Shown here in pieces: positions 9,316 through 17,926 of a stretch of 64,000 bases of DNA (position 1 is the first letter of the stretch; each line of letters begins with the position of its first letter). The position numbers and the translations under genes are program-made. The notes below the pieces were generated by a model that was not told the origin of the DNA, made no database searches, and worked only from the letters and a program-made list of their open reading frames with translations. The DNA is from Candidatus Woesearchaeota archaeon (GTDB lineage Archaea > Nanobdellota > Nanobdellia > Woesearchaeales > ARS49), in the NCBI GenBank assembly GCA_038868995.1, contig JAWCRZ010000004.1, positions 4,967-68,966 on the forward strand, given 5' to 3'.

Positions 9316-10565
9316 TGGCATATGATTTCAGATTGCCGGACCTGGGGGAAGGTATTGCCGAGGGGGAATTAATCAAATGGCTTGTGAAAGAAGGCGACAA
9401 AGTGGAGGAGCACCAGCCGATTGTTGAGCTTGAGACAGACAAGGCAGTGGTGCAGGTGCCAAGCCCCAGGGCAGGAATAATTTTGAAGACATATGGCGGG
9501 CCCGGGGAAAAAATCAAGGTTGGAGAAATTTTGTGCACAATTGGCGAGGCAGGGGAGAAAGTCAGCGCGCCAGCACTCAAGGCAGCTGCCAAAAAGGTTT
9601 CAACAACAGTAATCGGCCAATTGGAAGAGGCGCCGGAAGAGGAGGAAAAGAAAGTTGCACCAATGCCGCCAAAAAAAACTGCAGAGCCGGCCGTTGCGAC
9701 CTTGCCTGCTGTTAGAAAGCTTGCGCAGGAGATGGGCGTTGATATTTCCAAAATTCAGGGTTCAGGTCCAGGAGGCAGAATTACCGAGGATGATGTTCGC
9801 CGGGCGTCGGGAAAAGTTGCGAAAGAGGAGCCAAAAGGCCCCACAGTAACATTTGAACGCTTTGGCAGGGTTATTCGCCTGCCGTTGAAAGGAATCAGGA
9901 GAACGATTGCCGAGAATATGCGCGAGAGCTTGAGCAGGGCAGCTCACGTGACGCATATGGATTATGCAGACGTGACCAAACTTGCTGAATTCAGGGAGAA
10001 GGAGAAGGAGGAGGCGGAAAAGAAAGGGGTTCATTTGACATTTATGCCTTTTATTGTCAAGGCGTGCGTTCTTGCGCTGAAGGAATTTCCCTATGTCAAT
10101 TCAAGCTTGGATGATGAAAAACAGGAAATTGTTCTGAAGCAGTATTACCATATTGGAATTGCTGTTGACACGCCTGCCGGATTGATGGTGCCTGTTGTTC
10201 ATAATGCGAATGAAAAGACCATTTTGGAGATTGCTCGTGACATCTGGAGGGTTGCAGAGCTTGCCCGCACTCGTGAAATCCAGCTGAAGGATTTGCAGGG
10301 CAGTACTTTCACCATTACCAATGTTGGCAGTTTGGGGGGCGAGTTTGCAACGCCCGTCATTAATTATCCGGAGTGTGCAATTCTCGCATTGGGCAGAATA
10401 TCTGAAAAGCCGGTGGCAGTGGAAGGAAAAGTTGAAATCAGGAAGATGCTTCCGTTGTCGCTTTCATTTGACCACCGAATTATTGACGGCGCTTTGGCTG
10501 CGAAGTTTGTAAATGAAATCAAGCGCCATTTGGAGAATCCCGACGCGTTGCTGATGGGGTATTAG
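9315..10565 (+). CDS. Dihydrolipoamide acyltransferase (E2) with one lipoyl domain, a subunit-binding domain and a catalytic domain
   Basis: It has the lipoyl-lysine motif ELETDKAVV, the PSBD-like segment PAVRKLAQEMGVDISKIQGSGPGGRI and the catalytic motif SLSFDHRIIDGA. Confidence 0.9.
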   Translation: MAYDFRLPDLGEGIAEGELIKWLVKEGDKVEEHQPIVELETDKAVVQVPSPRAGIILKTYGGPGEKIKVGEILCTIGEAGEKVSAPALKAAAKKVSTTVIGQLEEAPEEEEKKVAPMPPKKTAEPAVATLPAVRKLAQEMGVDISKIQGSGPGGRITEDDVRRASGKVAKEEPKGPTVTFERFGRVIRLPLKGIRRTIAENMRESLSRAAHVTHMDYADVTKLAEFREKEKEEAEKKGVHLTFMPFIVKACVLALKEFPYVNSSLDDEKQEIVLKQYYHIGIAVDTPAGLMVPVVHNANEKTILEIARDIWRVAELARTREIQLKDLQGSTFTITNVGSLGGEFATPVINYPECAILALGRISEKPVAVEGKVEIRKMLPLSLSFDHRIIDGALAAKFVNEIKRHLENPDALLMGY

Positions 10566-10948
10566 TATTTGATGTAGAAATCGTTGAACTTTCCCGTGTA
10601 TTCTTCCCAGTTGTGATTAACCGTTGCGACTTTAGACAATGGGCTTCCTTTCTTGCATAACATTATGAAACGCCGTAAAAGCATTTTGTCGCCTTCGGCA
10701 ATTATCTCAACTCCGCCGTCATCCGTATTTCTTGCCCAGCCGGTGATTCCCAGTTTGTCTGCTTCTTTTTTGGCATAATCCCTGAAAAACACGCCCTGCA
10801 CTTTCCCGCGCACAATAATGTGTGCGCGTGCGCGTTCCCTGAAGAGTGAATCTATTTCCTTTCTCCTGAGTTCTTCCTCTTTTTTGCCGTGTTCAATCTG
10901 CCTGTCAATCATTCTTTTGATGTCTTCTATATGAGTCATCTTCCACAA
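10562..10948 (-). CDS. acyP: Acylphosphatase with an N-terminal charged extension of about 35 aa
   Basis: It carries VRGKVQGVFFRDYAKKEADKLGITGWARNTDDGGVEIIAEG, the classic acylphosphatase signature. Confidence 0.8.
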   Translation of the reverse strand: MWKMTHIEDIKRMIDRQIEHGKKEEELRRKEIDSLFRERARAHIIVRGKVQGVFFRDYAKKEADKLGITGWARNTDDGGVEIIAEGDKMLLRRFIMLCKKGSPLSKVATVNHNWEEYTGKFNDFYIKY

Positions 10949-11190
10949 CAGCCCCGCATTTGCTGGAAATCTGAAAATGCCGTGAAGAACATCTGCAAAC
11001 TATTCTTTAATACCTCTTTTCCTTTCTTCGTCATGGTGCATTCTTTTTGTATGTTGAAACCAGCCTTTTTCCTTTAAATCTTTTGCACTGTGCTTTGTAA
11101 ACCAAGCCGGCGTTTTTTTATTAGTTTTTACTCATGCCTTTGACCTGATGATTTGGAAGCGCGCAAGGACCGAACAAGCGTCTCTGTTTT

Positions 11191-11394
11191 TTATGCACAC
11201 ACGCCCAAATCAGATTTGATGTTATTTTTGATGCGGTAAGAGGCATAACCCATTTTTGTTTCAATCTCGATTAACAGCCCTCGTTTTACATAGTTCGGGT
11301 CAATTTGCCTATATGTTGACTCTTCCCAAAACTCTGTTCGGATTCTTCTCGCATTCTTAGAGTCATTGACAGTTGTGTTTCTAATGTTCATCAA
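11191..11394 (-). CDS. Small hypothetical protein (67 aa)
   Basis: The only support is an ATGA overlap with the bcp stop, which suggests coupling. No motif was recognised. Confidence 0.3.
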   Translation of the reverse strand: MMNIRNTTVNDSKNARRIRTEFWEESTYRQIDPNYVKRGLLIEIETKMGYASYRIKNNIKSDLGVCA

Positions 11395-11843
11395 AAAGCC
11401 TCTAAAACATCTTTCGCATGACCTTCAGGGCTGACACCATACCATATTTTTTTTATTTTTCCATTTGGATTGATTAAAAACGTGCTTCGATGGGTGCCCA
11501 TATACTCCCTGCCCATGAACTTTTTGAGACGCCATACACCGTATTTTTGGCTGACTTTTGTATCCTCATCAGAAAGCAAGGTTATGGTCAGCTTTTTGTT
11601 TTCAATGAATTTTTTGTGCGACTTGCAGGCGTCTTTGCTGACTCCGAGTATGACTGCGTTCTTTTTTTCAAAATTTTTTTTGAGCGCGGTAAAGTCAAGC
11701 GCCTCAATTGTGCAGCCAGGAGTGTTGTCTTTTGGATAAAAATACAGCACAATCCATTTGCCCTTAAAATCGCTCAGGGCGACTTCTTTCCCATCCGCGT
11801 CTTTCAAAACAAAATCCGGCGCTTTGTCCCCTTCTTTTAACAT
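11391..11843 (-). CDS. bcp: Thiol peroxidase / peroxiredoxin, Bcp type
   Basis: It has the YFYPKDNTPGCT active-site motif and the typical length of 150 aa. Confidence 0.9.
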   Translation of the reverse strand: MLKEGDKAPDFVLKDADGKEVALSDFKGKWIVLYFYPKDNTPGCTIEALDFTALKKNFEKKNAVILGVSKDACKSHKKFIENKKLTITLLSDEDTKVSQKYGVWRLKKFMGREYMGTHRSTFLINPNGKIKKIWYGVSPEGHAKDVLEAF

Positions 11844-11866
11844 GCTATTTGTAGCTCATGTTTTTT

Positions 11867-12805
11867 TTAAATATCTTTTGCTAGAATTTTTGGCTTGAGA
11901 ACATCTTCTATCTGCTCTATTGTTTCGCATTGCGCGAGTTTTTGCCTTAAATCGCTGCCACGTATTATGCCTTTTGTGAACTGTATGGAATGCCCTTTAA
12001 TCTTGTTGAATTGTATGCTGTGCTTTTTGGCAAGCTCAAGGTATTCAAAGAATAGCTCAATTGGGTCCGCTTTCTCGTATTTTCCTGTCTGCAAATAATC
12101 CTCAATTTGCTTGAATACATATGGGTTTCCTATCGCGCCGCGTGCTATCATTATCGCATCCACGCCGCTTTCTTCAAGGCGTTTCTTGAATTGCTCTGGA
12201 GTGAACACGTCACCATTGCCAATAACAGGAATACTAACCGCACTTTTCACTTTTTTTATAATATCCCAATTTGCAGCGCACGTATAACCTTGCTTTTGCG
12301 TTCTTCCGTGAATTGCAATTGCTGCCGCGCCTGCTTTTTCAACGAGTTTCGCAACTTCAACAGCATTGATATTCCTGTCATCAATTCCGATTCGTATTTT
12401 GACCGTAACAGGTTTCCTTACTGCAGCAACAAGTTTGCTGACAAAACCGGCAATTTTTTCCGGCTGTTTCAGGAGTTCGCTTCCAGCTCCCGCCTTTATG
12501 ACGTTCCACGCCGGGCACCCGCAGTTAATGTCGATAATATCAAACTTTTCCTGCACTTCCTGTGCTGCTTTCACTACGTCTTCTTCGTTGTGGCCGAATA
12601 ATTGCACTGCAACCGGCTGCTCTGTCGAGTCGGCTTTAAGCATTCCCCACGCAACCTGACTGCCTCTGACCAATGAAGTGCTTCCTACAAATTCAGTGTA
12701 TGTTAAAGCCGCTCCATATTTTTTTGCAAGTGCCCTGAAAGCAACATCAGTAATCCCATACATCGGCGATAAAACTGCTTTCCCATTTAATTTTGGAAAT
12801 TTCAT
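11867..12805 (-). CDS. tRNA-dihydrouridine synthase (Dus family, FMN-dependent)
   Basis: It has SPMYGITDVAFR, DINCGCP and HGRT motifs plus the TIM-barrel length. Confidence 0.9.
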   Translation of the reverse strand: MKFPKLNGKAVLSPMYGITDVAFRALAKKYGAALTYTEFVGSTSLVRGSQVAWGMLKADSTEQPVAVQLFGHNEEDVVKAAQEVQEKFDIIDINCGCPAWNVIKAGAGSELLKQPEKIAGFVSKLVAAVRKPVTVKIRIGIDDRNINAVEVAKLVEKAGAAAIAIHGRTQKQGYTCAANWDIIKKVKSAVSIPVIGNGDVFTPEQFKKRLEESGVDAIMIARGAIGNPYVFKQIEDYLQTGKYEKADPIELFFEYLELAKKHSIQFNKIKGHSIQFTKGIIRGSDLRQKLAQCETIEQIEDVLKPKILAKDI

Positions 12806-12825
12806 CGTCGATGAGAAAAAACTGC

Positions 12826-13278
12826 CTATTTAACTGGCTTTCGCTCTGCTTCCCTCAGCTCTATTTTTTCCACCATTATCTCGTACAAGTCCGGCTCTAT
12901 TTTGAGAATGTCCTTCAAAGTTACAAGCCCTACAAATTTTCCCTGGTGCATTACCGGCAGGTGCCTGATGTTGTAATCTCTCATTATTCGCAGTGCTTCA
13001 AAAATGTCCTCGTCAGGAGTTGTTGTAGTGAGGTTTGTTTCCATTATTTCCTTGACTTTCTTGAGTGCGGTGTTCCCGGCGCCGGCAACTCCTTTTCTGA
13101 CAATATCCTGCTCGGTAAGTATGCCGATTATTTTGCTGTCTTCTTTGACAAGCAGTGCTCCGACATGTTCTTTTGACATTAATTTGGCTGCATCGCGCAA
13201 TGTTTTGTTTGGGGAAATGGTGACTGGTTCATGCGTCATTGCATCTGCTACCGTGTATCCTGTTGAGACCCTATACAT
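12826..13278 (-). CDS. CBS-domain pair protein
   Basis: It contains two CBS repeats (VTISPNKTLRDAAKLMSKEHVGALLV... and ...ALRIMRDYNIRHLPVM). Confidence 0.85.
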   Translation of the reverse strand: MYRVSTGYTVADAMTHEPVTISPNKTLRDAAKLMSKEHVGALLVKEDSKIIGILTEQDIVRKGVAGAGNTALKKVKEIMETNLTTTTPDEDIFEALRIMRDYNIRHLPVMHQGKFVGLVTLKDILKIEPDLYEIMVEKIELREAERKPVK

Positions 13279-13336
13279 GCCTAAAATTCAGGCGTTTGTT
13301 GTTTATTAATGTTGTGGACGACGTTCAAGGGGTGAC

Positions 13337-14002
13337 TTAGAAAATTTCAAAAGTTGTCGTGAATTCAACTTCCTTGTTCTCATCATAGAAGCGATGACAG
13401 TAGCCTTTCTTTTCGGCGCACGCAATATTTACAAAAAGGGTGAAGTTTCCAGTGTTCGCGGTTATTATTGTGACGAGCCATTTTCCGCTTTCAAAGTTTG
13501 GCTTGAGCTCTGATTTTCTTCCCTGCGGGTCCTGAATCATTATGTTTATTTTGAACTGTTCTCCATTGGTTATCGGAGTGCTGTCGTTTTCTCGTATGTC
13601 AATGTAATGGTGGGAAGTTGTTCCAATTGGAATGCGCTTAAGAGTATTTGGGAAAGTAACTGTTACTGTTTCCCAGCTTATGTTCACAAGTGCAGGGGTG
13701 GCTGTCGGCATCGGGGTTATGTTTGGTGTCTCATTTGCTGTTATGTTTGGCGTTATGTTGGTTTCAGGCATTGGTGCAATGGTTATGTTATCAGTTATGT
13801 TTTGTGTTGTGTTGGCAACAGTTGGCTCTAATGTTGGAGCTGCTGTTGGTTGCGTTGGCGCTGGTGCTGGCTTTTCTCCGCGCTCGGTAAAAATCGCAAA
13901 TATTATTCCGAAAAGAAGCAGTGCAGTTATTACTGTTGCCGCTATTTTATAGAGTGGAATTGACTTCTTCAGCTCTTCTCCGAATTCCTTTTCCGTCTCC
14001 AT
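13337..14002 (-). CDS. Membrane-anchored hypothetical protein with an N-glycosylation-sequon-rich linker
   Basis: It has an N-terminal TM helix (ATVITALLLFGIIFAIF). A Pro/Thr linker follows, with seven N-x-T sequons (NTT, NIT x5, NET) and an eighth, NIS, just downstream. A beta-rich C-terminal domain completes it. Confidence 0.6.
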   Translation of the reverse strand: METEKEFGEELKKSIPLYKIAATVITALLLFGIIFAIFTERGEKPAPAPTQPTAAPTLEPTVANTTQNITDNITIAPMPETNITPNITANETPNITPMPTATPALVNISWETVTVTFPNTLKRIPIGTTSHHYIDIRENDSTPITNGEQFKINIMIQDPQGRKSELKPNFESGKWLVTIITANTGNFTLFVNIACAEKKGYCHRFYDENKEVEFTTTFEIF

Positions 14003-14044
14003 TGAAGGCGGTTGTATTGCTGAATTTTATAAAATTAATGGAAG

Positions 14045-15931
14045 TCAGATAATTAATTCATAATCCCTGCCGAAGAATCTTTTCAAGCTTTCAAACAGGG
14101 GTTCTTTCAGAACAGCCCGTGTTGGCACAAGCTTTGCCAGCGCCTGCTCGAAGTCCTCCGGTGTGCAGGGTCCTGAATTGCCAAGGCTTCCATCAGGGTT
14201 TACAGGCGCTTTTTCAATAATTTTATCCGGACTGTCCATGTCTCTTACAATAAAGGCGGTGTTTCCCAAAAGAGTTATTTCGCCGTATTTTTGTCCGTGC
14301 TTTATGCGCAGTTTTGCGCGCTCAAGCTCGTGCGCTTTCCTGCGGTGCATGTAGTCGATAAGGAAGCGTATAAGTTCGTTGCTTTCCTTTTGGACTTTTT
14401 CCACTTCTGTCTTGCTCAGTTTGCCTGCGTCATAGTCGGCTTTTGCTTTGACTAAATCGTGCAGGTTTCTTAGGAATTTTGCCGGTATTTTTCCTGTTGA
14501 GATGAGCTTTTCCTCGAACAAGTGAGTGATTTCTTTTTCAGGAATGCTTTCAACACCTTCCATTTTTAGAACATCTCTCAGTATTGTCTGCATGGTGTCA
14601 TAGGTGTTGAGCATGCTTTCTTCTTCCTTCAATTTCTCTATTTGTGTGAAGAGCCGCTTGAGTCGTTTCATGTATTTTTCTGAATCTTCAAGCAGTTTGT
14701 CGATTTCCTTTCCAGTAATGTCCTTTTTGACGCCGTGCTCGATGTCTTTTCTTACCTGGATGACATTTTCAAGAATTTTCACATATTCTTCTTCCAGCAG
14801 TCCCTCTTTCTTGACAAAAACTTCTCTCAATACTCCACAGGTTTCCTTTGGTGCTGGCGGCGGGATTCCATACAGCATCAGCGCTGCCTGTGTTGGAGTG
14901 TGTATTCCCCAGAAGAAATCCTCTGTGCCGATGTCACGCAGCTTGAATTTTACTCTGTCAAGTGTCTGCTCTCCTGAGCTCATGAAGATGTCTATTGCTT
15001 CTGCCGACGGCTTGATTTTGCCCATCTTGAGCAGCTGTTTCCACGGCATGAAGATTCCTCTGTCGTAGAATGGTACGCCGTCTCGCAGGAAAGTAAATAT
15101 AACCGGGTTGCTTTCCCTGATTGAGTCCCAGAAGTCGGTCAGGATGTAAATCTGGATGTTGATTTTGTTTCTTATGCCCGTTATTTCTCCTGCTTCGACG
15201 CCCATTCCAATTATTATGGCGCGCAGTTTGTCTCTGAGCTCTGCTCTGGTCATTTTTTTGACGTCGGTGTCATCTATGACTATGAATACGTCAATATCAG
15301 AGTCCTTTGTTGCCCTGCCCTGTACCAAGCTTCCTGCCATGACATATGCAACGATGTATTTTTCGAATTTTTTCAGGACCATTGACTTGTGGACTTCCGC
15401 TATCCTGATGGCTCCCAGCATTCCCGTGTCATAGATTGGAGCGCTCATTCCAATTAGTTGCAGCAAATCGTATTTGCCGTCGTAGCAGTTCTGCCATAAT
15501 TCTGATAAAAGCAAAGTTTGCGGGAGGATATTCGGGTCAATTTCTTTCGCGGTTGCGTCCATTATCGCGCTTAGTTTGTCCCTGAGCTCTCCTTTTGTCA
15601 TCTTGGTTGGCTCGGTGTCGTCTATGAGAACAAGTGTTGCGTACTTGTCCTTCTCCTGCTCGTATCTTTTCTGCTCATCTGCAAAAACGTCAGGAGGAAG
15701 GTTTGGTGCAGGAGGCCTTGGGGGCGGCAGCAATGCCACGCCCACAACATACTTGTCAAATTTTTCCACTATTTTTTTCTGGAACGCCGTTATTTTTTCC
15801 TTGATGTTTTTGAGTTTTTCAGCAACTTCCTGCGAGAGGTTTGCCGGCAGTTCCGGCTCTTTTGCTTCTTTCTTTTCATACTTTTTTTCTTCATATTTTT
15901 CTTCTTTTGCTGCTTCTTTTCTCTTTGCCAT
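14045..15931 (-). CDS. Tandem nucleotidyltransferase-fold protein (degenerate NTase + intact minimal NTase) with a helical HEPN-like region
   Basis: There is an internal duplication (FDKYVVGVALL...ATLVLIDDTEPTKMTKGELRDKL vs FEKYIVAYVMAGSLVQGRATKDSDIDVFIVIDDTDVKKMTRAELRDKL). Only the second copy has the GS...DxD catalytic signature. Downstream is RKDIEH, an Rx4H motif. Confidence 0.7.
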   Translation of the reverse strand: MAKRKEAAKEEKYEEKKYEKKEAKEPELPANLSQEVAEKLKNIKEKITAFQKKIVEKFDKYVVGVALLPPPRPPAPNLPPDVFADEQKRYEQEKDKYATLVLIDDTEPTKMTKGELRDKLSAIMDATAKEIDPNILPQTLLLSELWQNCYDGKYDLLQLIGMSAPIYDTGMLGAIRIAEVHKSMVLKKFEKYIVAYVMAGSLVQGRATKDSDIDVFIVIDDTDVKKMTRAELRDKLRAIIIGMGVEAGEITGIRNKINIQIYILTDFWDSIRESNPVIFTFLRDGVPFYDRGIFMPWKQLLKMGKIKPSAEAIDIFMSSGEQTLDRVKFKLRDIGTEDFFWGIHTPTQAALMLYGIPPPAPKETCGVLREVFVKKEGLLEEEYVKILENVIQVRKDIEHGVKKDITGKEIDKLLEDSEKYMKRLKRLFTQIEKLKEEESMLNTYDTMQTILRDVLKMEGVESIPEKEITHLFEEKLISTGKIPAKFLRNLHDLVKAKADYDAGKLSKTEVEKVQKESNELIRFLIDYMHRRKAHELERAKLRIKHGQKYGEITLLGNTAFIVRDMDSPDKIIEKAPVNPDGSLGNSGPCTPEDFEQALAKLVPTRAVLKEPLFESLKRFFGRDYELII

Positions 15932-15936
15932 TGTTA

Positions 15937-16647
15937 TTACCTCGCGATTATGCTTGTAAGCCCGCGCGCCAGTGTCTTGAATATTTCAAATGAGGTGGAG
16001 CCGGTGTGCAAGAGGTATTTTACAAAGTCGAATGCGACGTCGTGCAGTCCGTTGTGAGCGGGGTTCGGCGCAATGTTTGGCTGCAGGCCTCCGATGTTGT
16101 TGTCCCGTATTGTTTCTATCCAAGTCAGGGAGAATGCGTGCGCTTTTGCTTCCTCATCCTGCTTGTTTGGAAGTGTTGGACCAAGGACGTGCCCCAATTC
16201 GTGTCCTATTGTCAGCAATACCGAGTCAAGGTGGTCTTGCTTTATGTAGATTTCTGAAATGCCTTTTCCGTATTTGTTGTAGCTGAATCCAACTACTCCG
16301 GTGCTTTTGTTTGGGCTTATTTGCCTGAATTCTTTTTCTTCGCAAATCGTTATTTTTATGCTGTCATGGGGGAATTCCTGTCCGGTTATTATTTGAAAAG
16401 TTTGTTCAACGATTTCCTTCACTTCCCCAAGGTTTGAAATTATTGGGGTTAACGGTCTGTTTTCTGCAAGAAAGTGTTCTTCATGGGAGAGGTTTGGAAC
16501 TTCTGGCTGCGTGTATTCTGCTCTGCCTGTTCTTGCAGAGTATCCGCCTCCTGAATAGCCGACAGTCGTGTTGGAACAACCGGGTGAATGCAAGTAATTG
16601 TTACTTCCGTAGCCGGAACTTACGCTGTAATTGCTCATTCCGTACAT
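15937..16647 (-). CDS. Putative zinc metallopeptidase (HEXXH; ImmA/IrrE-like by motif context) with a Tyr/Gly/Ser-rich N-terminus
   Basis: It has LLTIGHELGHVLGP, a HEXXH motif. The N-terminal 45 aa or so are low-complexity (YGMSNYSVSSGYGSNNY...GYSGGGYS). Confidence 0.6.
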   Translation of the reverse strand: MYGMSNYSVSSGYGSNNYLHSPGCSNTTVGYSGGGYSARTGRAEYTQPEVPNLSHEEHFLAENRPLTPIISNLGEVKEIVEQTFQIITGQEFPHDSIKITICEEKEFRQISPNKSTGVVGFSYNKYGKGISEIYIKQDHLDSVLLTIGHELGHVLGPTLPNKQDEEAKAHAFSLTWIETIRDNNIGGLQPNIAPNPAHNGLHDVAFDFVKYLLHTGSTSFEIFKTLARGLTSIIAR

Positions 16648-16847
16648 TATGCTCTCCGTGCAACTTTGTCTTCAAGCGGTTTTTTTGCCGCTTCCTGTTC
16701 AAGGTCAACGCCGAGATCTTTGAGCGCTTTCAGGTGCGCCTGCATTAGTTGTTCTACTATCTGCAGTATTCTCATCATTTCCTGCCTTTCTTTGGCAAGG
16801 GTTGTAAGTGCTCCTTTGTGGAATCCGATTTGTTCTTCGTTTGCCAT
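16647..16847 (-). CDS. Small coiled-coil protein (66 aa)
   Basis: ATG 16847 is followed by a heptad-like helix. Its last stop-codon base (16647) is also the first base of the downstream peptidase's start codon. Confidence 0.45.
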   Translation of the reverse strand: MANEEQIGFHKGALTTLAKERQEMMRILQIVEQLMQAHLKALKDLGVDLEQEAAKKPLEDKVARRA

Positions 16848-16858
16848 TGTGTTACCCC

Positions 16859-16930
16859 TGTGACGCACTTGTCACAATGTGCATCTATAAGACGAAACAG
16901 GATTTAACCCTTTGTGACGAAAAAGTCATA
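16859..16930. promoter_or_regulatory. Two copies of a TGTGAC-N6-GTCAYA palindrome in a divergent intergenic region (candidate operator)
   Basis: TGTGACGCACTTGTCACA lies at 16859-16876, between the predicted TATA (about 16884-16891) and ATG 16847. TGTGACGAAAAAGTCATA lies at 16913-16930. Confidence 0.4.
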
Positions 16931-17144
16931 GTGATGATGGATTAAGCGGTGTTTGCAACAAAAGCTTATGTGGTCCTAAAACACGTGTTTTATAGAAGGA
17001 ATAGGAATTCATGCTGGCATAAAGCCACACAATATCATCAGAGCAGGCAAACACTTGACTTAAGGGCTCTTTGTTGCAAGGAAATTTTAGGAATTATGAA
17101 GAAAGACATGACATGAACAAAACAATATAGTCGTACCATAAACC

Positions 17145-17152
17145 TTTAAATA
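17145..17152 (+). promoter_or_regulatory. Putative TATA box (TTTAAATA); the downstream gene looks leaderless
   Basis: The TATA centre is 26-27 nt upstream of ATG 17175. Confidence 0.4.
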
Positions 17153-17174
17153 CTGCTCTCTGTTAGTTTGGGGT

Positions 17175-17879
17175 ATGCGAAAGAGTGTGATTGTTGCAAT
17201 ACTTGTCATAGCAGTTCTGACGCTGTTTTTTGCAGCTTCCAACGGTTATAATTCCATTACAGGGCTTCAAACTATTGACTTGCCCGAGCCGCCTCCGCCT
17301 CCTGGCATGGAGGCAGACCAGTTGGTGCCTTCTACTCCTACCCCGCAGGTGGCGGCAACCCCTGTTCCAACGCCCGCCGCAATGCGTGCGGATGATACAA
17401 TGAACATTTTGAGGCGCCTTGAGCTTATAGAGCAGCGTCTTGCTGGGTTTCTTGCCTGGGAGCAGCGCCTCGCAACAGTTGAAGCGCAGATTAAGATTGT
17501 TTCTGACCCTTCTTCGCGGATTGATGCTCTGCAAAGCCAGATTGATGCAATGAGGGTTGATATCGAGAATTTGAAGCAACGTCCGGGTCTTGAGGCGCCG
17601 TTTTTTGATGCGCTGAGCAATTTGCAGGGCCAGCAGAGGAAGAACGCAATATTGAGCATTATGCTTTCTGTTCTTGCCTTGGTCATTATTGCCGGAATGA
17701 TAACTGCGGGAATAATTCACAAAAAGCGCGAGGAAATTGAGGACAAGAAGCTGGTCCGACAGTATTTGCATAATTACCTGCAGGCGGGCTATCGGCTTGA
17801 AACTTTGCGTATGCATTTGCTCGCCAATGGCTGGGATGAAAAATTCATCGATGAACGGATTAAAGAGCTTCCAAAGTAA
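17175..17879 (+). CDS. Bitopic membrane protein with a polyproline segment and a coiled coil
   Basis: It has an N-terminal TM helix, PEPPPPPG, a coiled-coil region and a second TM helix (ILSIMLSVLALVIIAGMITAGII). The antisense 239-aa ORF is R/C/H-rich junk. Confidence 0.6.
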   Translation: MRKSVIVAILVIAVLTLFFAASNGYNSITGLQTIDLPEPPPPPGMEADQLVPSTPTPQVAATPVPTPAAMRADDTMNILRRLELIEQRLAGFLAWEQRLATVEAQIKIVSDPSSRIDALQSQIDAMRVDIENLKQRPGLEAPFFDALSNLQGQQRKNAILSIMLSVLALVIIAGMITAGIIHKKREEIEDKKLVRQYLHNYLQAGYRLETLRMHLLANGWDEKFIDERIKELPK

Positions 17880-17926
17880 CATTTATATATTGTAGAATCA
17901 GGTTTTAACTAAAAAAGAGGGAGACA

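Noticed and set aside
16929-16990. GTGATGATGG resembling a C box of an archaeal C/D sRNA
   Set aside because: No CTGA D or D' box, and no C' box, is found at the required spacing downstream.
17163-17882. 239-aa minus-strand ORF almost exactly antisense to 17175..17879
   Set aside because: Its translation is Arg/Cys/His/Asn-rich with no hydrophobic core. The plus frame gives a coherent TM, coiled-coil, TM protein with a correctly spaced TATA box.
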